Positions 40,578 to 54,894 of a stretch of DNA of 64,000 bases are shown piece by piece. Position numbers and translations under genes: made by a program. How positions within the stretch are numbered: position 1 is the first letter of the stretch; each line of letters starts with the position of its first letter. The notes under the pieces were generated by a model, which did no database searches, was not told where the DNA came from, and saw only the letters and a program-made list of their open reading frames with translations. The stretch is from Octopus vulgaris (lineage: Eukaryota), in NCBI GenBank assembly GCA_951406725.2, contig OX597839.1, forward strand, positions 5,208,001 to 5,272,000. Reading direction: 5' to 3'.

Positions 40578-41497
40578 TATCCTCCTATCTTCGAGTGTAT
40601 GCGTAGAATAGGTTCGATTACCTTAACTGGTTTTGCCATAGTCGAGTTTCCTCTTGACAACTTCACTGGGAAGGCGGACGAATTACTACTAAACGCTCAG
40701 TCCGGATTGCTTACGCTTCTGCCAGCTCGCTGCCTTTGGGAAGCTTTATTTTACTCAGAATATATAAAACAAAGGCTAACTAAAAATCTGAAAGCAAAAA
40801 TTATGAAAATGACTTGGACAGGCAAAAGATTAAGCGACATTTCGCTGCTATTTCTACTAAGTCGAATGACTACATTGGTTATACTGTTGCACATATGGTC
40901 TGTTGTAAAAACAGAAACAAAAAAATACTATAAAAACATACAAGACACAAGATTGATTCATTTCACAATGTTTCTAGACAGTTTTATCTGATTCAGTTTT
41001 GTTTGTATCGCAAACTAAGCAAAGCACGCGTCAATCCCAGTTAGTTAATCTCATTTTCGTTTAATATTATTTTCAACTTTATTTCATTATATAAGTGTCT
41101 TCCTCTATGTGACATATATTTGAATATATGCGTACAAAACCGACCTTCCCGACAAATTTTTTTTCACTATATACGACAGAAGCAGTTTTAGATTAAAATA
41201 GCTATCTATGTACCATAATTAATGTAAATATTTTCTGATAAGCAAGATATACTGTGATATTCGTCCGTGCATGCTGTGTTTAATTTACAATTTGTCTTTG
41301 TATAGTCTTTCTCTAATTTTATGGCGGTGGGTGTATCTCAGAGTACAAAAATCAATAAAGGATTACATATAAATATTGTGTAGAAACATTATGAAAATTC
41401 ATTTCCATACAAGAAGTCGAAGGGTGGCAGTGGAAGTCATTTCTACATGAGACGTAGTTCCTCTCGAAGGTTTATAAAGCTTTTACGATGTCAGTAA

Positions 41498-41585
<88 letters not shown>

Positions 41586-41595
41586 AATCTATCTA

Positions 41596-41641
<46 letters not shown>

Positions 41642-41642
<1 letters not shown>

Positions 41643-41949
41643 CCGTGATCACCGTGATCACCGTGACTGACCAGACTATCAGATGTTGCTACACATCGCT
41701 GGTCACAATGCGCTTCGTATTGTTTTAGCCTTCAAATAACGCCACCCCGCTGGCTAAGCGACCAGGCCAACAGAAGAAAGAGAGAGAGAAAGTTGCAGCG
41801 AAAGATTACGGCAGGGTTCGCCACCACCCCCTGCTGGAGCTTTAGGTGTTTTCGGTCAATAAACACTCACAACACCCGGTCTGGGAATCGAAACCGCGAT
41901 CCTACATCCGCGAGTCCGCTACCCTAACCACTGGGCCATTGCGCCTCCA
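41642..41949 (-). mobile_element. SINE family C, tail type 1
   Basis: Homologous to 3083-3384. Confidence 0.9.
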
Positions 41950-41957
41950 TATATATA

Positions 41958-42130
41958 TGGAATACAAACAAACAATTGTATTAGTATGGCGCTCAGGAAT
42001 AGAAATAGAAATAGAAATAGTCTTTTACGTTTCGAGCCTACGCTCTTCAACAGAAAGATACACAGAAAAGAAACACAGAAAGAAACAAGGAGAGAAAAAA
42101 ATGCGTGCAGAGGCAAGCGAATCAACATGG
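41958..42130 (-). mobile_element. Penelope-like fragment with hammerhead motif at 42021-42058
   Basis: Motif identical to 24208-24245. Confidence 0.72.
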
Positions 42131-42194
<64 letters not shown>

Positions 42195-42197
<3 letters not shown>

Positions 42198-42322
42198 ATT
42201 TTCTCATATACCTTTCTGCTGAAGAGCATGAGCTCGAAACGTAAAGGACTTTCTCACTTTCCCGGGCATCAGACTAATACACCTGCTTATTGTTCATACA
42301 CCTATCTTCGTCTTTTGTTTTG
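42195..42322 (+). mobile_element. Penelope-like fragment with hammerhead motif at 42211-42247
   Basis: ccuuu-CUGcUGA-a-GAGC auga GCUC-GAAACGUA-aagg, followed by cttcgtcttttg as in the other copies. Confidence 0.68.
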
Positions 42323-42364
42323 GGTGGATGCTAAATGCCGCCTTAACAAACTTAATAATAATGA

Positions 42365-42680
42365 TTTCAAATTTTGGCACTTGGCCAGCAATTAATCCAT
42401 CCATCCCAGTGTATAACTGGCACTTATTTTATCCACTCCGAAAGGATGAAAACCAAAGTCGACCTCGGTGCAGTTTGAACTGAAGACATAAACACAAACA
42501 AAATAACGCTAAGCGTTCTGTCGAGCGAGCTAACGATCCCGCCATCATGCCGCCTTAGTTACAACGGTTTCAAATTTTTGCACAAGGACAGCAATTTTGA
42601 GGGAGGGGGCTAGTCTATTAGTGGTACTTATCGACCCTGAAACGATAAAAGGCAATGTCAATATTGGGTCGCAGGAAACG
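42365..42680 (-). mobile_element. two old SINE family A copies
   Basis: ccgaaaggatgaaaaccaaagtcgacctcgg; a second tail begins ttcaaatttttgcacaagg. Confidence 0.7.
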
Positions 42681-42838
42681 TTTTGAATGGAAGAAGTTGA
42701 AGGCTGTTCACGACTTTCAGCCATTTTCCAAAAGACTGTCAGAGACTTTCCTACGAAACAAAAATCTAAAACCAAAAATCGGTAAAAGTAACAATTCTTT
42801 CCTCTGATGACGCAAACAAGTAAATATGTAAATTGAGT

Positions 42839-42869
<31 letters not shown>

Positions 42870-42954
42870 CACACACGCACACACGCACACACACACATAC
42901 ACACACACACACACACAAACTCATATCAAGCAAACACAAATATGTAATGTATAT

Positions 42955-43173
42955 CTCTTTTTACTCTTTTATTTGTTTCAGTCATTTGACTGTGGCCATG
43001 CTGGAGCACCGCCTTTAGTCGAGCAAATCGACCCTGGGACTTATTCTTTGTAAGCCTAGTACTTATTCTATCGGTCTCTCTTGCCGGTCTCTCTTGCCGG
43101 TTATCTTAGGACGTAAACACACCAGCATGGGTTGTCAAACGATGTTGGGGGACAAACATAGACACACACACAA

Positions 43174-43218
<45 letters not shown>

Positions 43219-43224
43219 ACAGAC

Positions 43225-43276
<52 letters not shown>

Positions 43277-43439
43277 GACGGACTTTCTTTAGTTTCCGTC
43301 TACCAAATCCACTCACAAGGCTTTGGTCGGCCCGAGGCTATAGCAGAAGACACTTGCCCAAGGTGTCACGCAGTGGGACTGAACCCGGAACCATGTGGTT
43401 TGGTAAACAAGCTACTTACCACACAGCCACTCCCGCGCC
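42955..43439 (-). mobile_element. SINE family B, full length
   Basis: Reverse complement of 20216-20639 with an expanded internal (CA)n(TA)n. Confidence 0.93.
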
Positions 43440-44870
43440 TATATGTGTGTATATAACGTATATGTTTGCATGTAATTAACGTCAAAGAATATGCTTATAC
43501 CTATCTCATGGATATATAACATATTCCATATCACAGAATTTAAAACATCTGTAGGATAAAAGGAGAGGATTTCGAAGAGGGATATTTACGAAATACCACA
43601 ATATAGTGGAGAAGTTATACGAGAAATCCTATAGCTTCTTTTCATCGGAAATTATGTTGGGAAAGACGAAAAAAATATATATACGAGTAAAAAAACATCA
43701 AAATAAAACAAACGACAAGACAGAAATATTTCGTAAACATGGCTGCGCAGCGCTCTGTAAAGGTAAAGGTCACATGACATTCTAACACGTGATGCGTGGG
43801 CAGGGAGTTTCTGGGAATTTCTCACGTAGTCCGAGAAGCTACTTTCAAACTACAACAAGAATATCAAATGGAGAGATAGATATTACGCTGTCAACATGAT
43901 TGATCGATTTCTGTTTGGGTTATCTATTTGCAAACCGTGTGTATATATGTGTATATATGTGTATATATGCGAGTATATTCATATACATATATACACACGC
44001 AAATTCACAAGCACACATACGCACACATATACATAATTATATACACCTACTCTTAAAGGCAGACACGTGTATGCATATAGGAAGATTGGAAGGACGTGTA
44101 AGAATGCACACACACACACACACACACACACGTATATGTGTGTGTGTATGTGATGTATATTTCGATTCATTCAGTATATATGTGCACATGTATATGTATA
44201 TGCGTACACACACGCACACACACACACACACACACATATTTGTGTATATGCAACCTCATACACGCAATTATTCTTAGATATATGACTCATGTACTAAAGA
44301 AATGAACAGCTCCAGCTAATGGCCTGTCCAACAGTTGGCCTTACAAAGTTTGTAAGAATAAAACGTGCCGTCACTCACATTCTACTGAGTCCTAACATTA
44401 GATATGATACACAGGTGGCAATTTTAATCTAACACTGACTCAGTTCCATAGAACGAGTTTTTAATCTACTGACTGGCTATTTATAACAATAGTCATTGTT
44501 CATTCACTAATTGTAATATCATTGGCCTTGCTATTCGATTGACTATGACTATATGAGACTGACAACGCCCAGAGCATCAGCAATGATTACTTAGAAATTT
44601 GACTAGTTGATACGATGACGTTTTGCGTCTGCTTCCGGTATATATTGTGTTATTAGATACAATACGTCCATAAGCGATATTATTTCCGACGAATGCCGCT
44701 TTAGGTTTGCTTTCTCCGATGTATTTGCTTTATAACTAAGACACACACACACACAGAGACAAAAGTTAACTTAAGCGCTTACATACATCTATATATATAC
44801 ATGTCCATACATTTATTCATGTATATATACAGATACATATATAATGCACACATACATTAATGGACTCAGA

Positions 44871-44914
<44 letters not shown>

Positions 44915-44922
<8 letters not shown>

Positions 44923-45023
44923 CACGTGATCACGTGACCGACCAGTCCATCAGATGTAGTTACACATCGCTGGTCACAATGCGTTCGCATTGTTTTGGCG
45001 TTCGAATGACGCCACCCCGCTGG

Positions 45024-45026
<3 letters not shown>
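44915..45026 (-). mobile_element. isolated tail type 1 (5'-truncated SINE C or partner LINE end)
   Basis: cacgtgatcacgtgaccgaccagtccatcagatg...gccaccccgctggctaa between (AT)n tracts. Confidence 0.85.
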
Positions 45027-45068
<42 letters not shown>

Positions 45069-45241
45069 GTGAAACCACTATGTGGGCACCCTTATGCTAG
45101 AAATAGATCCGCTATGGTCTTACCACTAAGAAATGTTCTCAAGAAAAATTTAGCAAAACAACCATAAAGTAATCGAGCAAGGCAAAAGAAAAACCAAAAA
45201 AAAAAAACATGGAATATTCACATACATGTTGCACTATTAAA

Positions 45242-45335
<94 letters not shown>

Positions 45336-45337
<2 letters not shown>

Positions 45338-45744
45338 CGCAGGAGTGGCTGTGTGGTAAGTAGCTTGCTAACCGACCACATGGTTCTGGGTTCAGTCCCA
45401 CTGCGTGGCATCTTGGGCAAGTGTCTTCTGCTATAGCCCCGGGCCGACCAATGCCTTGTGAGTGGATTTGGTAGACGGAAACTGAAAGAAGCCCGTCGTA
45501 TATATGTATATATATATATATATATATGTGTGTGTATGTGTGTGTGTTTGTCCCCCTAGCATTGCTTGACAACCGATGCTGGTGTGTTTACGTCCCCGTC
45601 ACTTAGCGGTTCGGCAACAGAGACCGATAGAATAAGTACTGGGCTGACAAAAGAATAAATCCCGGGGTCGATTTGCTCGATTAAAGGCGGTGCTCCAGCA
45701 TGGCCGCAGTCAAATGACTGAAACAATTAAAAGAGTAAAAGAGT
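45336..45744 (+). mobile_element. SINE family B, full length
   Basis: Near-identical to 20216-20639. Confidence 0.93.
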
Positions 45745-45761
45745 ATATATATACAATTTAA

Positions 45762-45792
<31 letters not shown>

Positions 45793-45898
45793 CATACATG
45801 CATGCATATGCGTGCACACACAATTATATATATATATATATGTATGTATATATGTATATACATGCATATGCGTACACACACAATTATATGTATATATA

Positions 45899-46280
45899 TC
45901 TCTCTCTATATAAACGGCAGTTTGTCTGTGCGTGTTTCTGTGTGTCTGTTTTCTCGTACCCTCACCCTGACCACGGCTTTCAACCGATTCTGATGAAACT
46001 TGACACACACATAGCACAATGTCATAATTCAAAACTAACGCAGCGAAAATTTTGAAAAGTTCCCCCAGTTCTGAAAAAAATCGATAAATTCGACATGGGG
46101 TGAGAATCAGAAACCCAAACCACAGACCGTCTAGGGGATGCAACTCCACCTTTTTTAACTCTCAAAAAAATTTACCATCATTTTTTTCCCATTTTTTTGC
46201 TATTTTTTGGCTATAACTCTCTAAAATGCTTTATAGTTATTTCCCTTACAAACCTGAGCAACGCCGGGCGATACTGCTAG
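45899..46280 (+). mobile_element. non-autonomous Helitron
   Basis: 5' TCtctctctatataaac; 3' hairpin cctgagcaacgccggg and CTAG|T. Confidence 0.88.
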
Positions 46281-46555
46281 TATATATATATATATTAAGT
46301 GAGGAAGAGTGGGAGGAGGAAACAAGAGAGAGACACACGCACACAGACAGAGACAGGCAGACGGAGCATATTTAATTTACGCAATTAGGACGTCATGTCT
46401 CGTTTCGCTTCACATTAGCCATTTTGCGGGTGCTTTTAGTGTTTGGTAGTTTAATATTCCCACTTTTGACTATTAATAATTTATTTCATATTACTTTATT
46501 TGGTTTATTTGTATTTTATGTAGATAAATACCTATTTATATATACTTGCATACAT

Positions 46556-46611
<56 letters not shown>

Positions 46612-46652
46612 TTGTCTACATGCATATATATCACGTTGTACATTTATGTACG

Positions 46653-46686
<34 letters not shown>

Positions 46687-46852
46687 TGTGCGTGAGAGTG
46701 CGCGTGAGTGTGTATGTGTTTATATGCATTCATTTTTCTCCACTTTCACATTTAATTCATATATATCCACTCACTGCTGGAATTGGAAATTTACTTCGAA
46801 AGCTTTTCAGCACAAATGATTTATTGGTGTACAGCACGTGTGTGTGTCTATG

Positions 46853-46978
<126 letters not shown>

Positions 46979-47121
46979 GAAAGAAAGAGAGAACGAGAGA
47001 GACAAAAAGTGCTAGCTCGATAGATAGGTAGATAAATAGATAGATAGATTGATAGATAGATAAATGAACAAACAGGTAGGTAGATAAGTAAATGGATAGC
47101 GTGATCGAGAGAGAGAGAGAT

Positions 47122-47268
47122 AGTGCATAACTGGTACTTAATTTATCGACCCCGAAAGGATGAAAGGCAAAGTCGACCTCTGCGGAATTTGAACTCAGAA
47201 CGTAACAGCAGACGAAATACGGTTAAGCATTTCGCCAGGCGCGCTAACGTATCTGCCAGCTCATCGCC
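47122..47268 (-). mobile_element. SINE family A 5' portion
   Basis: aactggtacttaatttatcgaccccgaaagg...ctgccagctcatcgcc. Confidence 0.88.
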
Positions 47269-47293
47269 TAACGTAACGCTGGATCACGTAGTA

Positions 47294-47629
47294 AAAGACC
47301 TCTTGCATTCATGAATGACCATGGGATTGCAACAGAAAGTTCCTCTCCCAGGCACAAGTCCGATCAAGGTAATGTATGGATGACCAGCAGTCGCCCATGC
47401 ATACCAGCCTCCTCTTTTCACGCCACTGATGTTATTCAAGGGAAAGGCAAAGGGGCCGATACAGCTTGGTACAAGTGACCTCGCAACTCATGTCTATTGC
47501 TGAGTGAACGAGAGCAACATGAAATTAAGTGTTTTGCTCAAGAACACAACGCACATCCCGGCGCGAGAATCGAACTCACTAGCTCAAGATTGCAAGCCCG
47601 ACGCTTTAACCACTGAGCGATACGCCTTC
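47294..47629 (-). mobile_element. SINE family D
   Basis: Homologous to 31941-32274. Confidence 0.88.
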
Positions 47630-48027
47630 ACTAAACCACGTAGTAACAAAGATCAATTCATAACAACACAGCTATGCCTGCTCATACAGAACATAAATAT
47701 AAATTGTAATTTATATTACGATGTATATGGGTTGCAGGGCAGTGTGTCGTTGTATAAGGATCCAAATGCTTTCTATACATTTACACTACTTAGTGCCCAG
47801 ATATGTTTTTTGATGGGGTGGTGGGGGTGTAAGGGATGGAGGGGGACAGGCAATACACCATGGTTTTTTTTGTATATTTTATGTGTTTCTGTTTTATTAT
47901 ATGGCAACCGTGTTTTTCAACTGGGAATGCTTCGTTATTAATAACAATTTAACTACAGTCACTTTGTTGATTTGTGTCCGCACGCATGTAAGTACGATAG
48001 TATACAAATATTTATGTATATATATAC

Positions 48028-48155
<128 letters not shown>

Positions 48156-48228
48156 CTATATCTATATCTATCTATCTATCTATCTATATATATATATATA
48201 TATATATCTATCTATCTATCTATGTATG

Positions 48229-48300
<72 letters not shown>

Positions 48301-48550
48301 CATACATATATATATTGTTGTATTTAGGAATGGTCATATATATACACGTACTTATACATAGGCAGACATACAGATATGCATATATATATATATATATATA
48401 TATATACCCACAGTACATACGTGTGTGTCCGTATGTGTATGTGTACTTGTGCGTGCGTGTGTACATAAATATAGCCATATATATTTTGTATATATATATA
48501 TGGGTTCAATATTGACACACAGTTTCATACATATATATATTTATATGAAC

Positions 48551-48582
<32 letters not shown>

Positions 48583-48879
48583 ACGTATTATGAAGAAAGG
48601 GATGTATGAGAGACGGATGGACGAATGTATATTAATCCGGTGTGTATTGCGTCCAATAAACATTGGTAAACAAGTAGAAAATATCCCTGGATTACATCCA
48701 GCTGTAGAATGATCTCCAATAAAAACGGTGGGTTAGTGTGACTCATCACTTCTTTTCTAAACGCCGTTCTATGTGTGTTCGGCCATTATGGTTTATGAGA
48801 TGGCTTGCATCATAAAAAATACTTTCATGTATGTGTATTTATATTTATGTGTGTATATGTATGTGTGTGTGCTTATGTG

Positions 48880-48938
<59 letters not shown>

Positions 48939-48971
48939 ATATATATATATATATATATATGCACATAAATT

Positions 48972-49015
<44 letters not shown>

Positions 49016-49714
49016 TATGTATATATATATGTATATATATATGTATATATACATATACAAGTATCTATATATATATATACATATACATATATATACATAT
49101 ATATATATATACTTGTACATATATATATATAAATATAAACACGTATATATATATATATGTGTGTGTGTGTGTATGTATGCATATATACATACACATTATA
49201 CATACACATGAATTATTATATAAATTGCTACATATATATGTGTGTGTGTGTGTTTGTTTGTATAATATATTAGATATATAAATGCATCTATGTATATGTA
49301 TGCACATATATACACTTGCTTTTACTATAGATATGTACGTATGCATGCGTTACTAAAGTGACATGGTTGTGTGTGTGTGCTTATCCCGCTTTGATCTTAA
49401 CTTTCACAAATACATTGACCTGGAACTCAACTCTTAAATATCTTGCAATGGAGTGAGTCTTGGGTGGGCTACCGTTGTCGTAGATGCCATATAATATATC
49501 ATATATTACTGTTGTAACATTTTCGGCACGTCACTGCATTTTGTTCTCCTATTTTCCCATATTTTCTTCTCTACTGTTGAAGCAGCATGCTTTCATTTTC
49601 CTTCTTTGGGGCGTCTGAGATATATCTATGTTTTGATATATACTGTTAAAAGCACAAGTGGATTATCGAATCCTGCCACCACGATTATCCTGTATAGTAC
49701 GTTTTTCTTCTCTC

Positions 49715-49930
49715 AGGTTGTTACTTACTTGTTTCAGTGATTCGACTGCGCAAATGCTGGAGTACCGTTTGAAGAGTTTAATCAAACACAGGCCAGGATA
49801 TATTATGCCTTTAAGTATACTACTTATGCCGTCAGTCTTCTGCCGAACTGCTTGGTTACGGTTATGTAAAGAAACAAATACCAGTTGTAAAGTCGAGGAC
49901 GGCAAATACAGGCACATCCACACACACACA
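49715..49930 (-). mobile_element. old SINE family B 3' half
   Basis: acttgtttcagtgattcgactgcgcaaatgctggagtaccg. Confidence 0.6.
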
Positions 49931-49962
49931 AACACACACACACACACACACATAAACATATA

Positions 49963-50006
<44 letters not shown>

Positions 50007-51124
50007 CCTATCAACCCCAAAATTAAAGAAAGGTGCAAGAATATTAGAACCAAAGAACAATACGAAGACACCCAACTAAAACTAACAGACACCTATTAAT
50101 ATATCAATAACACAATTAACCACAGCTAAACCTTAAACCTTAAACCTTAATACAGAATCCAAACGAAACTTTTGTGTGAAATTTGAGTTAGTATTTCTAA
50201 ACTGAATTTTTTTCCTTGTAAGTTTTGGATTTTATTCCCTCAAATATTAATAATACATATATATATATATATGCATATAAATATATACATATATATAAAT
50301 ATATATAAATATATGTATATGTATATATATATGCTTGTATATATATATATATATATATATTTTATGGACATAGACACACACACATGTAGATAAATAATCG
50401 AACGTGAGCCGATTAGCCCAACCATCAAGCAATGCATCTTCACATACCAACGTGAGATATGCATATGTTTATGCATGAAGAATATTTATAGAATGAATGA
50501 GAAACTCTCGCAACACTGTTGATCTTATTCTCGTTTTTACGAACCTTTCATTCCAGCGTGCTGTGTCAAACTCCAAATCTTTAACACCGCTCAAAATCGT
50601 ACCTCCCCAGGCTTTCTTATTTACCGCAGGCGATTCAAGACTTTTGAAACATAGGTCAAGTTATTTCCAGTTTGATTTTAAAGAAACTGTATCTTTCATT
50701 TGCGGCTCACTATATTTTCTCTTTCCCAGCATAAACTCACCTTAAATCATTTTGCTTGAGAAAGCGATCATCCATTCGGATGTTATGGCTTGTCACTAAC
50801 AATTACTTAACAAATATATATGTTATTATAAAAAGCTTTGTTTTCAGAAGCCAACATTAATCTAAGAAATATAATGATTTATAACTTGAAGAAACAAATC
50901 GAGCGTAATCAACAATATAGTATAAAACTAGATTGGCTGTTATTGTTCCATGAATGAAGTTTACAGTATAATTATACTAATTTTTAGAGAAACAACCACC
51001 GGCAAAAATATAGATAACAGCAATGAAGAAGATGGAGTTAGGCAATAACAACAGCAGTACAAAACATAAAATAAAAGCACATGAAAAGTAATAGGCCCAG
51101 GAGGTTAATGAGAAAAGAACTAAC

Positions 51125-51290
51125 ACCATACATTGCTGCCTCGGCAAGAAGCTCGCCGTGCAGTCACAAGGTTTCGGGTTCATTCTCAATGCGGAGCTTT
51201 TTGGACACGTACTTTCCCGATAGCGACGGATTGACCAATACCTCGTGCGTGGATTGAGTAGAAGGAAACTGTCTAAGAACATCGTGTATA
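51125..51290 (+). mobile_element. old SINE family B 5' half
   Basis: cgggttcattctc..tgcgg...gaccaatacctcgtgcgtggattgagtagaaggaaactg. Confidence 0.55.
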
Positions 51291-51340
51291 TACATGCACA
51301 GACACACAGACACACACACTGACACATACACTCATACACG

Positions 51341-51384
<44 letters not shown>

Positions 51385-51449
51385 ATTAATGGAGAAATTC
51401 AATTGATATAAATCGATTTATTAACATTGCCTACAATTGTTTCACTTCA

Positions 51450-51645
51450 GACATTTATAGTGGAGGGAGAATTCACAAACAAAACAAAATCAAAAGACGA
51501 AGACAGGTGGTGTCGATGACAAACTGAAGTATTAGTATAACGCTCGGGAAGTGAAAATATCTTAAACTTTTCGAGCCTGCGCTCTTCAGAAAGTAACAGA
51601 GAAAGAAACAAGGAGAGAAAATAATGTGTAGTAACTAGCGATCTA
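51450..51645 (-). mobile_element. Penelope-like fragment, hammerhead disrupted
   Basis: caaaagacgaagacaggtgg...tttcgagcctgcgctcttca, homologous to 24105. Confidence 0.65.
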
Positions 51646-51665
51646 TTACGTATATGTATTTGTAA

Positions 51666-51709
<44 letters not shown>

Positions 51710-51923
51710 GTGAGTGCATATATACATGAATAACATATATGCATGTGTATATAGGTTTATGTATAAATATATAGATGTATATATAGATGTGTGTATATAT
51801 ATATATTTGTGTGAGTGTGCATGCGCTTATATATAAATATATAACATATATATATATATATATATGATATATATATTGATGTATATATGTGTGTGTTTGT
51901 GTGTGTGTATACTCGCGCATACA

Positions 51924-51963
<40 letters not shown>

Positions 51964-52169
51964 TATATGTATAAAAACACACATACACATCCACACACGA
52001 ATAGATACACACATATATTAATATGTGTATCACCACCACTGCACAACACCATAAATCAGGGAGGATGACATTTCTAAGCAAACCATTTTGTACATCTTGT
52101 AATAGCAAGTTGTCGAAGGAATAAACAGCACGAGTGGGGAATAAAAAGTATGAAAATCAAAAGTAGTAG

Positions 52170-52198
52170 TAATAACAACAACAACAATATTAAAAAAA

Positions 52199-52233
<35 letters not shown>

Positions 52234-52241
52234 ATAATAAC

Positions 52242-52294
<53 letters not shown>

Positions 52295-52317
52295 TAGTGA
52301 TAATGATAATAGTAATG

Positions 52318-52369
<52 letters not shown>

Positions 52370-52392
52370 TAGTGATAATGATAATAGTAATG

Positions 52393-52440
<48 letters not shown>

Positions 52441-52441
52441 G

Positions 52442-52472
<31 letters not shown>

Positions 52473-52607
52473 ACTGATAATAATAATAGTAATTATAATA
52501 ATAATAATAATAATAATATTAATAATAAAAATAATAATAATAATAGTGATAATGATCATGATAACAACAACAACAACAACAATAATAGCAAAAACTACAA
52601 CAATGAC

Positions 52608-52681
<74 letters not shown>

Positions 52682-52709
52682 CAACAACAGCAACATAAAT
52701 AATAATAAA

Positions 52710-52745
<36 letters not shown>

Positions 52746-52748
52746 AGA
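52170..52748. repeat. (TAG)n/(TAA)n/(CAA)n/(GAT)n microsatellite block
   Basis: Read directly. Confidence 0.95.
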
Positions 52749-53153
52749 TAATAATTTATATGAAATAATAAAAAAAAAAACATATTAAACATTTCGAAAG
52801 CAATGAAATGTAAAACAAATATGGCCACTTTGTGGAATTGAGATATTCTCTTACCAATCATATACTCATACACAAAAATATACGTATGCACAGATCTCAT
52901 ATTATTGATGGATGTATAAGTGGATGTATATGTGTGAGTGTGTATCTGTGCGTCATGGGCTCATTGGTGTATATATATATATGCATATGTGTGTGTGTGT
53001 GTGTGTATATATGTTTATATACATACGTACTTACAGACACATACACACACATATATATATATACATATGCAAATTTATAGATGTGAGGTGTTAACTGATG
53101 GAAATGTGTGTATTTGCAGGCATAGGCTTTCGTCTATGTATAAAATCATATAC

Positions 53154-53240
53154 CTGAACACTGAGACCTTCCCTTTTCGCTCTTTCCTCTTCTGACGGAG
53201 AACCACGCAGGAGACGCCAACCCCGCCTTTTTTTTCCCAT
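53154..53240 (-). CDS. candidate first coding exon MGKKRRGWRLLRGSPSEEERAKREGLSVQ (phase 0)
   Basis: ATG in good context (aagaATGG), 29 open codons, donor CAG|GTATAT, GC-rich unique island, phase-compatible with 7271-7311. Confidence 0.5.
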
Positions 53241-53361
53241 TCTTAAACTGAGCTCAACCTAATACATTCACTGCGTTCATCCTTTTGAATATTGTTGTTT
53301 TTGTTCTTACACACACACACACACACACATACACACATATTCACACATGTCACTCAACTTC

Positions 53362-54000
53362 ACTTATGTTGTTGTTGTTGTTTGTTCCTTCTCGGGCCAT
53401 GCCTGGTCCCTAAGGGCCGGTTTCCCGGTTTCATTGCCTATAGTTATGGTAAAAGATTCAGCAGAAGTTCGTCATTACCTTCTGCCAAAGACACGTTGAA
53501 CTTAGGTGTTTCCGCTCATAAACACACACATCGCCCAGTCTGAGATTCGAAACAGCGTTCCCTCGACCGCGAGACTGCTGATCTAACCACTAGACCATGT
53601 GCCACCACAACTTCATTTATACATCAATAAATTGTGCCTAATTCTTTTAAATTTTGAAAATATTATCAAAATTTTTCTTAGATTCACTTGTTGTTGTTTG
53701 ATCCTTCTCTGGCCATGCCTGGTCCCTAAGGGCCGGTTTCCCGGTTTTATTGCCTATAGTTATGGCAAAAGACTCAGCAGAAGTTCGTCGTTACCTTCTG
53801 CTGAAGCCACGTGGAACTTAGGTGTTTCTGATCATAAACACACACACCACCCAGTCTGAGATTCGAAACAGCGATCCTTCGACCGCGAGACTGCTGCTCT
53901 AACAACTAGACCCATGTGCCACCACAACTTCATTTATACATCAGTATATTGTGCCTAATTCTCTTACGTTTTTAAAATATTATCAAAATTCTTCTTACAT
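53362..54000 (-). repeat. tandem duplication (~320-bp unit) of an internally deleted SINE C tail-3 copy plus flank
   Basis: Both units share the same deletion and the flank cacaacttcattt..acatca..attgtgcctaattct..aaaatattatcaaaatt. Confidence 0.88.
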
Positions 54001-54024
54001 TTTTGATCTTACTGGTGTCAATAT

Positions 54025-54407
54025 GGAAGCACTCCGTCGGTTACGACGATGAGGGTTCCGCTTGATCCGAATCAACGGAACAGCCTGCTCGTGAAATTAA
54101 CGTGTAAGTGGCTGAGCACTCCACAGACACATGCACCCTTAACGTAGTTCTCGGGGATATTCAGCGTGACACAGAGAGTGACAAGGCCGGCCCCTTGAAA
54201 TACAGGTACAACAGAAACAGGAAGTAAGAGTGAGAGAAAGTTGTGGTGAAAGAGTACAGCAGGGATCACGACCATCCCCTGCCGGAGCCTCATGGAGCTT
54301 TTAGGTGTTTTCGCTCAATAAACACTCACCACGCCCGGTCTGGGAATCGAAACCGCGATCCTATGACCGCGAGTCCGCTGCCCTAACCACTGGGCCATTG
54401 CGTCATA
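54025..54407 (-). mobile_element. SINE family C, tail type 2
   Basis: 11-bp TSD ggtgtcaatat at 54014-54024 and 54408-54418. Confidence 0.93.
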
Positions 54408-54894
54408 GGTGTCAATATATTCTGCTTATTACATAATGCCCTCAATAATACAAAGCATTACGACGGTTATATTATGACCGAAACCTGACCGTTGTAACAG
54501 ACGGATTCTTGCAAAATACATCCCAAAGTTATTCAAATATGTAGACGCAAGTATTACTGTTAATCCAATTTAAGAGTTCTTAATTTCTTTTCTACATTAC
54601 TTTGAATTAAGAACCAATAAATTTGGACATCGAAGGTAAATTTCCACGACAAATATACTGATTCTACACATTCTTCAGCTATTATAAATAATTATATTCA
54701 CATCATTAGCTTATCGTTTGTTCATCTGCTTTCAAAATCCTTTGATGAAGCGTTTGATGAAGTGTGGAATCTGTTCATTAGATTGTATTTTATACTTGCT
54801 GATTCAGTGTAATTTTTCTGCTTTGTTACTTTTTTATGAGTATCTTTCTAATGTACTTATTCAATCTCAGTATATTAATCTCGTTAAGGTTATC

